This document shows positions 11,716-22,380 of a stretch of DNA of 45,408 bases, piece after piece (within the stretch, counting starts at the first letter, position 1; each line of letters opens with the position of its first letter). This DNA is from Chthoniobacter sp. (GTDB lineage Bacteria; Verrucomicrobiota; Verrucomicrobiia; Chthoniobacterales; Chthoniobacteraceae): positions 1 through 45,408 of the forward strand of contig JAYVNN010000110.1 of NCBI GenBank assembly GCA_043758435.1, written 5' to 3'. The notes below the pieces were generated by a model, which was given only the letters and a program-made list of their open reading frames with translations, was not told where the DNA came from and made no database searches. Made by a program: the position numbers and the translations under genes.

Positions 11716-14550
11716 ATGAAAAGTCTGCCGCTTTATCTCGTCCTCGCCAGCACGCTCGTGCCCGTCTTTTCCGCCGTGGCGGCGGGCCCAGCGGCGGAGC
11801 GCATCCGCGAGGGGGAGGTGAAGCAGGAGCAGCTCCGGGGCGAGGCGCAGCGGCTGGTGGAGCAGCTCGATGCGATGCTCGGCGAGTACGAGCGCAACGG
11901 GCTCGCGGGCGAGGAGACGAAGACGGTGCAGGCGCTGCGCGAGACGCTGGCGCAGCTCGGCGGAGGGGAGATGAGGCAGGTGGTGGAGCTGCTGGAAAAG
12001 GCGCGCGGGACGGTGGACGCGGGGCAGCAGAAGAAGGATGTGAGCGCAGCCTACACGGCGCAGAAGGCGCTGATCGTGCAGATGAAAAAGCTGCTCGCGG
12101 CGCACCTGCGCAATCAGGAGGCGCTGGAGATTTCGCAGCAGCTCACGCAGCTCGCGGACCGGCAGTCGGTGAATTTGCAGAACGGCATCCAGCTCGGGCA
12201 GTGGTCGGGCGGGCGGAAGCCGGAGAATTTCGAGGCGGCGATGCAGGCGAATCTGGAGGGGCAGCAGGGGGAGCAGGCGGCGATCGCGGCGGAGGTGAAG
12301 ATGGCGGCGGAAAAGATCGCGCAGTTTGCGAAAGACCCGGCGAATGCGGAGATGGCGGCGCGTTTTCAAAAGGGTCTGGCGGCGGTGGAAAAGGTGCAGC
12401 CGAATGTGGAGGCGGCGGCGGCGGCGCTGAAGCAGGGGCAGCTTTTCAAGGCGGTGACGGACGAGAAAACGGCGCGCGACGCGATGCGGCGGCTGGCCCG
12501 CGAAATCGCGCCGCCGCAGGATCGCGCGGAGGCTTTGCGCGCCGCGCAAAAGGAGCTGGCGAAGATGGTGGAGGATCAAAAGGAGCTGGTGCAGAAGACG
12601 GAGAAGGCGGCGGGGGAAAAGGATTTCGACAAGTGGGTGGATAAGCGGGAGGCGCAGGGCGGGCTGGAGCCGCGGCAGAAAAAAATGACGCGCGAGCAGC
12701 AGCGCGCGGACAAGGATTTGCAGCGGAAATTTGCGGAGCAAAAGGACGGGCGGAAAGAGGAGCTGGCGGCGCTCGAAGACACGCAGGGCGATCTCGCGCG
12801 GAAGAGCGATGACGTGGCGCAGGCTTTGGAAAAGGATGCGCCGGCGGCGGGGCAGAATTTGCAAGCGGCGCAGGAAAAAATGCAGGAGGCGCGCGCGGCG
12901 ATGAACGACAAGAACGGCGACGCGGCGGCGAAGAATGCGAAGGAGGCGCTGGCGGCGGTGCAGGCGGCGGCGGCGAAGGTGCAGCAGGAAATTGCGAAGG
13001 CGGACGCGGCGGCGGGGAAGGGCTCGGGGGATTTGGCGAAGGATTTGGCGCAGCTCCAAAAGGACACGCACGACCTCGCGAAGCAGGAAGCCGCCGCGGC
13101 GCAGAACCCGGACAAATCCGGGCAGGCCGCGCTCGCGGACAAGGCGCAGCAGCTCGCGCAACAGGCCGCGAACGCCGCGCCGCAAGCCGCGGACGCGATG
13201 CAGAAGGCGGCGGCGAACGCGCAAAAAGCGGCGCAGGCGGCGCAGGCGAATCAGCCCGCGCAGGCGGCGGCGGCGCAGCAGGCGGCGGCGCAGAATCTGG
13301 CGCAGGCGGAGCAGCAAATCGCGCAGGCCGCGGCGGAGGCTCAGCAGGCGCAGCAGGCGCTCGCCGCGGCGCAGAAAGCATTGCAGGAGCTGGCGGAGAT
13401 TATCGTCGCCGAGCAGAAGCTGGAGCTGGAGACGGCGAAAACCGTGGCGCTGGTCGCGGCAAAGAAAGGGCGCGCGGCGGATGATTTCAAGGGACAGACC
13501 TCCCGCCAGCAGGAGGTGCGGACGAAGACGAACTCTTTCAAAACAAACCTCCCGGCGGAACTCGCCGCCGCCGCGCCCGCGCTCGGCGACGCGAGCACGG
13601 CCATGAGCACGGCGGAAACCGCCCTCGACCGATCCGCCGGCGAACCTGCAAAAGCGGCGGAACTAAAGGCGCTCGACGCGCTTTTCCGCGCGCAGAAAGC
13701 GTTCGCCGAGGTGGCCGCGCAAGCGCAGGAGCAGCTCGCGCAAAACAACGCCGCGCAAAACGCCAACGCGCAGCAGCAGGCGCAGGCGCAGCTCGCGCAG
13801 GCGCAGGCCCAGGCGGCGCTGGCGCAGGGGGATTTGCAAAAGGCGGCGGACGCCCAGGCCGCCGGGGAAAAGGCGCAGCAGGCGGGGGACAAACCCGCCG
13901 CCGACAAAGCCAATCAGCAGGCCGCGCAAGCCGCGCAGAAAGCCGCGGGCGAACTCGCGCAGGCCGCGCAAAAAGCCGGCGAAGCCGCCGCGCAAGGCAC
14001 CCCGCAAAACGACGCCGCGCAAGCCGCCGCCGAACAAGCCGCGCAAGCCGCCGCCGAGGCCGCCGCGCAAGCCGCCGCGCAAAACACGCCCGGCGCGCAA
14101 GCCGCCGCCGCCGCCGCGCAGCAGGCGCTCGCGCAGGCCCAGGCCGCGATGGCGCAGGCGCAGTCCGGCCTTTCCGAATCCAGCGCCCCGCCGACGCCGG
14201 GCGAAGGCCAGCCCGCGCAGACGGCGCAGGCCGGTCAGCCGGGACAACCCGGCCAGCCGGGCGCGAAACCGGGGACCAAACCCGGCCAGAAACCGGGCAA
14301 AGGTCCGGGTAAAATTCCCGGCCAGCCCGGCGGCACGGCCGCCGCGGAAAAATATCAGCCCGGCAGCCCCGAGGCCGTGCAACTCGGCGCGCGCACGACG
14401 GCGGCGAAGAAGGCGTCCTTTGCCGCACTCCCGGCCCGCGAGCGCGCGGTGATCGAGCAGTCGCAGGCGGAAAAATATCCCGAGGAATTCGGCGCGCAGG
14501 TCGAGCAATACCTGCTCAACCTCGCCAACGAAAGCAACGCGAAAAAGTAG
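11716..14550 (+). CDS. Large secreted Ala/Gln-rich coiled-coil protein (DUF4175-like)
   Basis: Signal peptide MKSLPLYLVLAS..., long heptad/AQ-rich body, GQPG linker, C-terminal YPEEFGAQVEQYLLNLA. A TTGACG-17-GACACT promoter-like motif starts at 11661. Confidence 0.8.
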   Translation: MKSLPLYLVLASTLVPVFSAVAAGPAAERIREGEVKQEQLRGEAQRLVEQLDAMLGEYERNGLAGEETKTVQALRETLAQLGGGEMRQVVELLEKARGTVDAGQQKKDVSAAYTAQKALIVQMKKLLAAHLRNQEALEISQQLTQLADRQSVNLQNGIQLGQWSGGRKPENFEAAMQANLEGQQGEQAAIAAEVKMAAEKIAQFAKDPANAEMAARFQKGLAAVEKVQPNVEAAAAALKQGQLFKAVTDEKTARDAMRRLAREIAPPQDRAEALRAAQKELAKMVEDQKELVQKTEKAAGEKDFDKWVDKREAQGGLEPRQKKMTREQQRADKDLQRKFAEQKDGRKEELAALEDTQGDLARKSDDVAQALEKDAPAAGQNLQAAQEKMQEARAAMNDKNGDAAAKNAKEALAAVQAAAAKVQQEIAKADAAAGKGSGDLAKDLAQLQKDTHDLAKQEAAAAQNPDKSGQAALADKAQQLAQQAANAAPQAADAMQKAAANAQKAAQAAQANQPAQAAAAQQAAAQNLAQAEQQIAQAAAEAQQAQQALAAAQKALQELAEIIVAEQKLELETAKTVALVAAKKGRAADDFKGQTSRQQEVRTKTNSFKTNLPAELAAAAPALGDASTAMSTAETALDRSAGEPAKAAELKALDALFRAQKAFAEVAAQAQEQLAQNNAAQNANAQQQAQAQLAQAQAQAALAQGDLQKAADAQAAGEKAQQAGDKPAADKANQQAAQAAQKAAGELAQAAQKAGEAAAQGTPQNDAAQAAAEQAAQAAAEAAAQAAAQNTPGAQAAAAAAQQALAQAQAAMAQAQSGLSESSAPPTPGEGQPAQTAQAGQPGQPGQPGAKPGTKPGQKPGKGPGKIPGQPGGTAAAEKYQPGSPEAVQLGARTTAAKKASFAALPARERAVIEQSQAEKYPEEFGAQVEQYLLNLANESNAKK

Positions 14551-14559
14551 CGCGCCACT

Positions 14560-15873
14560 TCACTCCGCGCGCAGGGCTTTCACCGGATCGAGCCGCGAGG
14601 CGAGCCAGGCGGGGATGAAGGCGGCGAGCGAGCAGATGAAAAAGGCGCTGACGCAAATGATGGCGATGTCGCTCGGGACGATCTCGGCGGGGATGCCGTC
14701 GAATTCGTAGATGCTCGGCGGGAAAATGACGACGTGGAGTTTGGCCGAGAGCCAGTCGCGGAAATCATTGCGGTAGGCGAGGACGGTGAGCGCGCTGCCG
14801 AGGCCGCCGGCGGTGCCGAGGAGGCCGACGGTCATGCCTTGCGTGAGGAAGACCCAGATGATTTGCGCCGGGGTCGCGCCGAGGGCTTTCATGATGCCGA
14901 TCTCGCGGGTTTTTTGCACGGTGACGGTGATGAGGGTGCTCATCACGCCAAAGGCGGCGACGATGATGATGAAGAAAAGGATGACGAACATGACGTGGCG
15001 CTCCATGCGGATGGCGTCGAAGCGCGCGCGGTTTTCGTCGTACCAGGTGACGGTGCCGACGGAGCCTTTGAACTGCGCGTCGATGGCGTCCTGCACGCGC
15101 TCGATATGGTACGGGTCGCTGGTTTTCACGGCGATGCCGTGGACGGCGTCCTTGAGGGCGTAAAGCTCCTGCGCGTTGTGCAGCGGCATGAGGATGTAGG
15201 TGGAGTCGAAACCGTTGGTGCCGGAATTGAAAAGGCCGACGACTTTCATCGGCGAGGGGATGACGATGCCGCCCTCGGCTTTGAGGTCAGCGAGGTTACG
15301 GGGCTTCGCGCTGGGGTCGTCGGTTTCTTTGCGGAGTTCGGCGACGAGGCCACTGATGTTGCCGGGTGCGTAAATGGTGATTTCGTCGCCAATTTTCACG
15401 CCGAGGTCCTCCGCGAGGGTGTGTCCGAGGATGACCTCGTCGCTCGACATCTCGAGATTGCCGGTGACGAATTTTTTCAAGTCAATAAGCTGCTCCTCCT
15501 GCGCCACATTGATCCCGCGGATGATCGCCTGCACCGTGCGCGTGCTCTCCCGCGCGTCGTCGGAGCGCTCTACGAGCACCGCGCCGGTCACGTAAGGCGC
15601 GGCGCCGATGATGCCGGGGACTTTTTCCAGCCGTGGCAAGACCTCGCGCCAGTTGCGCATGAAATCGCCGCCGACTACGCGCAGATGCGGCTCGAAGCCG
15701 AGCACGGCGCGCTGGAGCGAGCGGTCGAAGCCGGTCATCACCGCGAGGACCACGACGGGCACCATGATGCCGAGGGTCACGCCGAGCACCGAGATGATAG
15801 TGATGACGGAGACGAAGGTGCGCTTCGGCTTGAGATAGCGAAAGGCGAGGAAAAGGCTGAAGGGAACTTTCAC
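14560..15873 (-). CDS. lolE: Lipoprotein-releasing ABC transporter permease (LolC/E, FtsX-like)
   Basis: AFRYLKPKR.F.S.IT.IS.LGV.LG, VLAVMTGF, KTREIGIMKALGA, PAWLASRLDPVKALR.E. Confidence 0.88.
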   Translation of the reverse strand: MKVPFSLFLAFRYLKPKRTFVSVITIISVLGVTLGIMVPVVVLAVMTGFDRSLQRAVLGFEPHLRVVGGDFMRNWREVLPRLEKVPGIIGAAPYVTGAVLVERSDDARESTRTVQAIIRGINVAQEEQLIDLKKFVTGNLEMSSDEVILGHTLAEDLGVKIGDEITIYAPGNISGLVAELRKETDDPSAKPRNLADLKAEGGIVIPSPMKVVGLFNSGTNGFDSTYILMPLHNAQELYALKDAVHGIAVKTSDPYHIERVQDAIDAQFKGSVGTVTWYDENRARFDAIRMERHVMFVILFFIIIVAAFGVMSTLITVTVQKTREIGIMKALGATPAQIIWVFLTQGMTVGLLGTAGGLGSALTVLAYRNDFRDWLSAKLHVVIFPPSIYEFDGIPAEIVPSDIAIICVSAFFICSLAAFIPAWLASRLDPVKALRAE

Positions 15874-15972
15874 GAGGGGCGCTCATGGAAGACGCGAACC
15901 CCGCGCCGTCCAAGCGAAAACACCGCCAGAATGACGATGACGAAAAATGTGCTGGGAAACCGGAAAAAACCG

Positions 15973-16001
15973 TTGACGGCAGTTGCCAGCCCCGATTGAT
16001 T
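15973..16001 (+). promoter_or_regulatory. Putative sigma70 promoter (leaderless)
   Basis: TTGACG-17 nt-TTGATT, then 7 nt to ATG 16009. Confidence 0.4.
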
Positions 16002-16008
16002 GCCTGCC

Positions 16009-16707
16009 ATGAAAAAAGTTCTCTCCCTCCTCGTCGCCTTCGTCTTCATGCAGGTGCAAACTTGGGCTCTTAGCGGTGGTCCTCAATACGGAGGCAGTCA
16101 AGCTTCCGTCACCGGCACCTACGCAGGCGTCTTCACCGGCATCGGCGGCACCGCCATCAGTTTGGGAACGGGCGCTTTGGTGGACTCCGCAGGCACGAAT
16201 GCCTTGGGCATATTTGTCATCGGCGTGCCAGTGACCGATGTCGCAAACGGCACGATGGCGATCTTTTTCGAAGGATCGTTTTTTCAGGGTGGCATCATCG
16301 GAATCGCCGATCCGAACAAACAGACGCTCAGCGGGGTCTGCCAAGGCGTTCACATCACCCAGCTTACTTCCTTCACGGATCTTTTCTTCGGTCAGAGTTC
16401 GAAAAGCGTGAACTACGATTCCCGTGCCGACGGCACGCTGAAGTCGAAGATCGAAAACACCGGAATCGGTGGCATCACCTTGGTTGGGACGGGCTCATTC
16501 ACGGTGTCGATCATTGTCAGCACCCCAATCACATTCCCCGATCCGAACAACCCCGGCAAATTCATCACCACGGTCGTTCAAAGCAGCGTTCCGACCGGCA
16601 CGCTCTCCTTCGCGGTCGATGGCTTCAAACAGTCCCAAACCGTCGTCATCCCGGCGAAGGATTCCATCGCGAACCTGCTCAATGGCGGCGGGACGACCGG
16701 GGCATAG
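16009..16707 (+). CDS. Hypothetical secreted beta-rich protein
   Basis: Signal peptide MKKVLSLLVAFVFMQVQTWA. Gly/Thr/Ser-rich beta-strand pattern. Confidence 0.8.
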   Translation: MKKVLSLLVAFVFMQVQTWALSGGPQYGGSQASVTGTYAGVFTGIGGTAISLGTGALVDSAGTNALGIFVIGVPVTDVANGTMAIFFEGSFFQGGIIGIADPNKQTLSGVCQGVHITQLTSFTDLFFGQSSKSVNYDSRADGTLKSKIENTGIGGITLVGTGSFTVSIIVSTPITFPDPNNPGKFITTVVQSSVPTGTLSFAVDGFKQSQTVVIPAKDSIANLLNGGGTTGA

Positions 16708-16722
16708 CTGGGCCGGGGCGCG

Positions 16723-17301
16723 ATGCGCGCTCGTCCGATGCATACTCGATCCCTGAATCGAATTCCTTCCTGTCACGCCCGCTCTGCGGGCGTGACTCTT
16801 TTGGAGCTATTGACGGTCATCGTCGTCATCGCGATTTTGGCAGCCATGCTTCTTCCAGCTGTTGCTGGGATGGCCTCCCGCATGGAGCGCGCGAAATGCA
16901 CCATGAACCTCCGTTCCCTTTACATCGGGACGGAGTTTTATCTTCAGGATCGGAAGGAGTGGCCGCAGATTGATCCGAAGCTTTCCGGCGGCAAGGACTC
17001 CGACGAGTACGCCAGGCAATGGATTGCCGCCCTTGAGCCATTCAAGATTTCCAAGGAAAGCTGGCACTGTCCGACGGTGCAAAAAATCATGGCCGCCGCG
17101 CAGACCGGCGACAAAACCCCAGAGGAGCGCATCGACTATTTTCCGACGCCTTTCGACAACAAGCAAATCACCCCGCATCGCTGGGCCGAGCAACCGTGGT
17201 TCATCGAGCGTGGCGCAATGCACGGAGAAGGCAACCTCATGATCTTCCCCGATGGCAGCGTCAAGACGATCGACGAATTCATATCAAAGGTGAAGAAGTA
17301 G
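16723..17301 (+). CDS. Prepilin-type N-terminal cleavage/methylation protein with H-X9-DG motif
   Basis: G^VTLLELLTVIVVIAILAAMLLP, C..NL, WHCP, HGEGNLMIFPDG. Start could be 16738. Confidence 0.88.
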   Translation: MRARPMHTRSLNRIPSCHARSAGVTLLELLTVIVVIAILAAMLLPAVAGMASRMERAKCTMNLRSLYIGTEFYLQDRKEWPQIDPKLSGGKDSDEYARQWIAALEPFKISKESWHCPTVQKIMAAAQTGDKTPEERIDYFPTPFDNKQITPHRWAEQPWFIERGAMHGEGNLMIFPDGSVKTIDEFISKVKK

Positions 17302-17321
17302 GCGGCGCTACGACGTGACAT

Positions 17322-17915
17322 TTAAGCGGGGATTTGATGGAGAAAGGCGCGGGCCTTTTCCAAGGCGCGGGCGCGGTGGCTGATTTGGTTTTTTACGGCG
17401 GCGGGGAGTTGGGCAAAGGTTTCGCAATGGCCCTCGGGGACGAACAGGGTGTCGTAGCCGAAGCCGCCTTCGCCGCGCTCCACGTTGATGATGACACCCT
17501 CGACCGTGCCGTCGAAAGTAGCATGCACCGTCCCTGCCGCGGCCACTGCGAGAGCACAGCGAAAGCGGGCGGTGCGGGCTTTACCGCGCGTGGTGGCGAG
17601 TTCGCGGAGCAACTTCGCGCGGTTGGCAGCGTCGGTGGCGTGCTCGCCGGCGTAGCGCGCGGAGCGCACGCCGGGGGCACCGGCGAGGGCGTCCACTTCG
17701 AGGCCGGAGTCATCGGCTAGCACGAGGCCGGGGAAAAGGTGCGAGGCGGTGAGGGCTTTGAGCGCGGCGTTCTCGGTGAAGGTCGCGCCGGTTTCCTCGG
17801 GTGCGGCGATTTCGGGGTGGGCGTTGAGGTCGGTCACGTCCCAGCCGTCGCCGAGGATGGCGCGGATTTCGGCGGTCTTGTGGGCGTTTTTCGTGGCGAT
17901 GAGCAGGCGGCGCAT
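17322..17915 (-). CDS. rdgB: Non-canonical purine NTP pyrophosphatase (RdgB/HAM1)
   Basis: [55 protein letters not shown]. Confidence 0.95.
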   Translation of the reverse strand: MRRLLIATKNAHKTAEIRAILGDGWDVTDLNAHPEIAAPEETGATFTENAALKALTASHLFPGLVLADDSGLEVDALAGAPGVRSARYAGEHATDAANRAKLLRELATTRGKARTARFRCALAVAAAGTVHATFDGTVEGVIINVERGEGGFGYDTLFVPEGHCETFAQLPAAVKNQISHRARALEKARAFLHQIPA

Positions 17916-17941
17916 GGCGGAAAGAATGAAGACGGAAAGCG

Positions 17942-17988
17942 GAGGGCGGAAGACAGAAGTGGGGTTGCGTCTTCCGACTTCCGCCCTC
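17942..17988. repeat. Imperfect inverted repeat made of degenerate heptamers, in the divergent rdgB-leuS spacer
   Basis: gagggcggaagacagaag (17942-17959) versus cttccgacttccgccctc (17971-17988): 16 of 18 bases complementary. Confidence 0.6.
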
Positions 17989-18009
17989 ATCCTTCCCGCC
18001 CTTTCTTCC

Positions 18010-20592
18010 ATGAGCACCGCCCGCCGCAAACCCTATCCCTTTTCCGATTTCGAGCCCCAGTGGCAGCAGCACTGGGATCGCGCGCAGACCTTTCACACGC
18101 CGAATCCCGGCGAACCCGGCTTTGACCCGGCGCGGCCCAAATACTACGTGCTCGACATGTTCCCCTACCCCAGCGGCTCGGGCCTGCATGTCGGGCATCC
18201 CGAGGGTTACACGGCGACGGACATCATTGGCCGGTATAAAAGGATGCGCGGCTTCAACGTCCTGCACCCGATGGGTTGGGATGCGTTCGGCCTGCCCGCG
18301 GAACAGTATGCCATCAAGACCGGCCAGCATCCTGCCGTCACCACGGCGCAAAACGTCGCGCACTTCAAGGGTCAGCTTCAGCGCCTTGGCTTTGCCTACG
18401 ACTGGCAGCGGGAGGTCAATACCACCGACCCAGGTTACTTCCGCTGGACGCAGTGGATTTTTCTCCAGCTCTATAACTCATGGTTCAACCCGGAAACTAA
18501 TCGTGCGGAACCTATCGAGACTTATAGCGGCGCGGATGCGGACAGCGTGCGTCTGGCCTATGTCAGTGAGGCTCCGGTGAATTGGTGCCAGGCACTCGGT
18601 ACGGTGCTGGCGAATGAAGAGGTCATTGATGGCAAGAGCGAAGTCGGCGGGCATCCGGTAGAGCGCCGACCCATGCGTCAATGGATGCTGCGCATCACCG
18701 CCTTTGCGCAGCGCCTCATCGATGAATTGGACGGCCTCGACTGGCCCGAAGGCATCCGGCTGCTGCAAAAGAACTGGATCGGTCGGAGCGAAGGTGCCGA
18801 GGTGCATTTCGCAGTCGCCGATGCGGCCGCAAGGATCACCGTTTTCACGACCCGGCCCGACACCCTTTATGGTGCGACTTACATGGTGCTCGCGCCAGAG
18901 CATGCCCTTGTCGATCAGTTAGTCACCGAGGAGCAGTGGCCTGCGGTGCGAGAATATCGGGAAAAGACGGCCCGCAAGAGCGACCTCGACCGCACGGAAC
19001 TCGCGAAGGAAAAGACCGGGGTGTGGACGGGCGCGTTTGCGATCAATCCCGTCAACGGCGAGCGCATCCCCATTTGGATCGCGGACTATGTGCTGCCCGG
19101 CTACGGCACCGGCGCGATCATGGCCGTGCCTGCGCACGATGAGCGTGATTGGGAGTTTGCGCGGAAGTTTGCGCTGCCCATCCGTGAAGTCGTCGCGACT
19201 GCGCCGCGCGTGAGCGTCGGCAACAAGGCAGCGTGCGACACCGAGCCGATGGAATGTTTTTCCGGCGAAGGCTTCGCCGTGAACAGCGGTCCGCTCGACG
19301 GCCTTTCCACCACAGACGCCAAGGCCGACATCACCGCGCGACTGGAGGCGCAAGGGCTGGGGAAAAAGTGCGTGAACTACAAACTGCGCGACTGGCTCTT
19401 TTCGCGGCAGCGTTATTGGGGCGAGCCGTTTCCCGTAGTTTGGGAGGACGGGAAACACCGCGCGCTCGACGCGAGCGAACTGCCGCTCACTCCGCCGGAG
19501 CTGGCCGATTTCAAACCCACCGGCACCGGCGAACCGCCGCTCGCGAAGGCGACGGACTGGCTGCGTTACTCCGACAAAGCCACACGCGAGACTAACACGA
19601 TGCCGCAGTGGGCGGGCTCGTGCTGGTATTACCTGCGCTATTGCGATTCGCAAAACGCCACGCGCTTTGTTGGCACGGACGCAGAGTGTTATTGGATGGG
19701 CGGCGGCCAGCCTGGCGGAGTCGATCTTTACGTCGGCGGCACCGAGCACGCCGTGCTGCATCTGCTCTACGCGCGGTTCTGGCACAAGGTGCTGCACGAC
19801 CTCGGCCACGTCTCCACGCCCGAGCCTTTCCAGCGGCTCGTGAACCAAGGACTCATCCTCGGCGAAGACGGCCAGAAGATGAGCAAGAGCCGCGGCAACG
19901 TGGTCAACCCCGACGATGTGATCGCCGAGTATGGCGCGGACGCTTTGCGCGGCTACCTCATGTTCATGGGGCCGCTTGAGGCGGTGAAACCGTGGTCGAT
20001 CTCCGGCGTGGAAGGCATCGCGCGCTTTCTCGCGCGCGTGTGGCGGCTGATCATGGAGGAGCAGCAGGATGGGTCGTTCGCGCTCGGCGCAGTCTCCGAG
20101 GAGACGCAGCCGGACAAGACGCAGCTCCGCGTCATCCACGCGTCCATCAAGAAAGTTACCGCCGACATCGAGACCCTCAGTTTCAACACTGCGCTCTCGC
20201 AGCTCATGGTTTTCACGAACGTTTTCGTGAACGTCTCGCCGCGCCCGCTCAGCGCCGTGCGCACGCTGCTCACGTTGCTCCAGCCCTTTGCCCCGCACAT
20301 TTCCGAGGAGCTGTGGGAAAACCTCGCGCACCGTTTCGGCGGCGCGGGCGAGCTGTGCGACGCCGCCTGGCCGCAGTGGGACGAGCGCCTGCTCATCGAC
20401 GACGAAGTCGAGATCGTCCTCCAAGTGAACGGCAAGGTGCGCGACAAAATCATCGTGCCCAAAGACGCCACACGCGAAGCCGTGGAGGCGCTGGCTCGCA
20501 GCAGCGCGAAGATCGCGGAATGGACCGCGGGCAAGGAGATCAAAAAGGTCGTCGTCGTGCCGGGGAAACTCGTGAACCTCGTCGTCGCGTAA
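18010..20592 (+). CDS. leuS: Leucine--tRNA ligase
   Basis: [18 protein letters not shown] (HIGH), [17 protein letters not shown] and [12 protein letters not shown] editing motifs, [17 protein letters not shown]. Confidence 0.98.
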   Translation: MSTARRKPYPFSDFEPQWQQHWDRAQTFHTPNPGEPGFDPARPKYYVLDMFPYPSGSGLHVGHPEGYTATDIIGRYKRMRGFNVLHPMGWDAFGLPAEQYAIKTGQHPAVTTAQNVAHFKGQLQRLGFAYDWQREVNTTDPGYFRWTQWIFLQLYNSWFNPETNRAEPIETYSGADADSVRLAYVSEAPVNWCQALGTVLANEEVIDGKSEVGGHPVERRPMRQWMLRITAFAQRLIDELDGLDWPEGIRLLQKNWIGRSEGAEVHFAVADAAARITVFTTRPDTLYGATYMVLAPEHALVDQLVTEEQWPAVREYREKTARKSDLDRTELAKEKTGVWTGAFAINPVNGERIPIWIADYVLPGYGTGAIMAVPAHDERDWEFARKFALPIREVVATAPRVSVGNKAACDTEPMECFSGEGFAVNSGPLDGLSTTDAKADITARLEAQGLGKKCVNYKLRDWLFSRQRYWGEPFPVVWEDGKHRALDASELPLTPPELADFKPTGTGEPPLAKATDWLRYSDKATRETNTMPQWAGSCWYYLRYCDSQNATRFVGTDAECYWMGGGQPGGVDLYVGGTEHAVLHLLYARFWHKVLHDLGHVSTPEPFQRLVNQGLILGEDGQKMSKSRGNVVNPDDVIAEYGADALRGYLMFMGPLEAVKPWSISGVEGIARFLARVWRLIMEEQQDGSFALGAVSEETQPDKTQLRVIHASIKKVTADIETLSFNTALSQLMVFTNVFVNVSPRPLSAVRTLLTLLQPFAPHISEELWENLAHRFGGAGELCDAAWPQWDERLLIDDEVEIVLQVNGKVRDKIIVPKDATREAVEALARSSAKIAEWTAGKEIKKVVVVPGKLVNLVVA

Positions 20593-20604
20593 CGCGAGCG
20601 CCGC

Positions 20605-20659
20605 CGTCCGGCGCAACTGTATGGGAAGCTGACAGCTTCCCATACAGTTGCGCCGGACG
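20605..20659. repeat. Palindromic REP-like element, family A, copy 2 (27-bp perfect arms)
   Basis: cgtccggcgcaactgtatgggaagctg-a-cagcttcccatacagttgcgccggacg, 12 nt after the leuS stop. Same core as 7179-7221. Confidence 0.88.
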
Positions 20660-20735
20660 CGTGTTCCGCTTTTGCCAATCTCATCGCCACGGTTTCACTA
20701 CAACTTTTCGGAGCGCAGCGGGTTGACGTGAGGAC

Positions 20736-21770
20736 ATGAATCGCAACCGCTGGCTTATCCCGCTCACCGCCCTCCTCGTCATCGGCGCGGTCGTCCATCA
20801 CATCGGGGCGAATTGGGGGCTCATCACCATCCACGCGCAAACGGAGCCGCTCGCGCAGGTCATCCGCGAGATCGAAAAACAGGGCCACATCACGCTCAAG
20901 ACCGACCTCGATCCCGCCACGCCTGTGCGCATGAACGTGGACAAAGTCGTCGTCTCCGAAGCGCTCGAAACCCTCGCCGCCGTGACCGACGCGCGCTGGC
21001 GGCTCGCCTTCATCGTCGCGGGCGACAAAGCGGCCATCGGCACCGTCGTCGCCAGCCTCACCGCGGGGCAGCGGCCCGCGGGATGGAAGACCGCGTTTGT
21101 CCCCACGCCGCCCATCGCCGATGAGCCGCTCATCCCGCCCGACCCGCGGCTCGCCGTGTGGAATGTCACCGCACCGGCGGAGCCAAAAGTGCAGGCGTAT
21201 CTCGAGGCCGCCGCGCGGCAGGTTTCGGCGATGTTTCTTTACCCGGAGAGCTGGAATCCCGACGTGACCAGCGCGCCGAAAACCGGGCCGGTCACGAAGG
21301 TGGTGCCACGCCTCGCGAGCGCCGCGCACGGGCAGGCGGAGGCGATTTTTCTTTTGCAAAAAGGCGGCGGCGGTCGCCCGGATTTCGCCGGCGGCGGCCC
21401 GCCGGAGGCCGGTGGCGGCCCGCCCGACGCGGGCGGCAGCGCCGCGCGGATGGCCGGCGGCGGACGCGGCTTTGACCCCGCGGCGATGGAAGATCGCGCG
21501 AAGGCCGAGATCGCGAAACTCCCCGCCGCCCAGCGCCCCGCGGCCGAGGCGGAGCTGGCGGAGCGGAAGGCTTTTTTTGAAAGCCTGAAAGACCTCACGC
21601 CCGAGCAGCGCCGCGCGAAGTTTGAGGAGATGATGTCCGATCCCTCGAAGCAGGAAAAAATGGAGGCGCGCATGGCGGCGCAGGACGCCCGCCGCAGCCC
21701 CGCGCAGCGGCTCGCGCGGTCGCACGGCTACGTGGATCGCAAGGCGCAGATGAGCGGCGGCACACGATGA
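20736..21770 (+). CDS. Hypothetical exported/membrane-anchored protein; STN-like N-terminal segment, Gly/Pro linker, helical C-terminus
   Basis: GAGG RBS, N-terminal hydrophobic helix, [25 protein letters not shown]. Coupled (ATGA) to the downstream prepilin gene. Confidence 0.75.
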   Translation: MNRNRWLIPLTALLVIGAVVHHIGANWGLITIHAQTEPLAQVIREIEKQGHITLKTDLDPATPVRMNVDKVVVSEALETLAAVTDARWRLAFIVAGDKAAIGTVVASLTAGQRPAGWKTAFVPTPPIADEPLIPPDPRLAVWNVTAPAEPKVQAYLEAAARQVSAMFLYPESWNPDVTSAPKTGPVTKVVPRLASAAHGQAEAIFLLQKGGGGRPDFAGGGPPEAGGGPPDAGGSAARMAGGGRGFDPAAMEDRAKAEIAKLPAAQRPAAEAELAERKAFFESLKDLTPEQRRAKFEEMMSDPSKQEKMEARMAAQDARRSPAQRLARSHGYVDRKAQMSGGTR

Positions 21771-22327
21771 AACACTCTCCCCAAGCTGAGCCGGCGGGCT
21801 TCACCCTCATCGAGCTGCTCTGCGTCATCGCCATCCTCGCCGTGCTCTTTTCCCTGCTCCTGCCCACCGTCGGCAAGATGACGGAGCGGGCGAACAACGT
21901 GAAGTGCGTGAGCAATCTCAAGCAGCTCGCCGTCGCCGCCAACGCCGCGGCCAGCGATCACGACAACACCTACCCGCCCGTGGAATTCGACCCGGAGAAT
22001 CCCGCCTACACCACCGAGCAGGCCGCCCAACCGCTGACTACGGTTTTCGCCGCCTACGGCATCACGTCCGTGAATCTGCAATGCCCCGAGGACATCAAAG
22101 GCCCAAATCATTTTGCACAGCTCGGCTCCAGCTACATGTGGAAACCGCAGTCGGCGGATGAAACCACCGCCGCCATCAAAGTCCTACGGCGGCGCTCCGA
22201 AATCGTCACCGCGCAGGCGCGCGTGCAGCTCTGCACGGATTACGAGGCCGTACATTTCCCGGACGAAGTGGGCGCGCGCAAGCGGATGAACGTGGTCTAT
22301 GCCGACGGCCACGTCGTCGCGCGCTAG
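21767..22327 (+). CDS. Prepilin-type N-terminal cleavage/methylation protein, H-X9-DG-like
   Basis: G^[47 protein letters not shown]. Confidence 0.9.
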   Translation: MKHSPQAEPAGFTLIELLCVIAILAVLFSLLLPTVGKMTERANNVKCVSNLKQLAVAANAAASDHDNTYPPVEFDPENPAYTTEQAAQPLTTVFAAYGITSVNLQCPEDIKGPNHFAQLGSSYMWKPQSADETTAAIKVLRRRSEIVTAQARVQLCTDYEAVHFPDEVGARKRMNVVYADGHVVAR

Positions 22328-22344
22328 GCATCCGCACACGGGCG

Positions 22345-22373
22345 TTGCGGCGAAGCAAGGGCGCTGCTAGCAA
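22345..22373 (+). promoter_or_regulatory. Putative sigma70 promoter (leaderless)
   Basis: TTGCGG-17 nt-TAGCAA with an extended TG, then 7 nt to ATG 22381. Confidence 0.4.
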
Positions 22374-22380
22374 CAACCGC

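Noticed and set aside
13140-14340. CRISPR array or DNA tandem repeat
   Set aside because: The repetition is coding low complexity (AQQA, GQPG) with no constant repeat-spacer pattern. No cas genes are present in the window.
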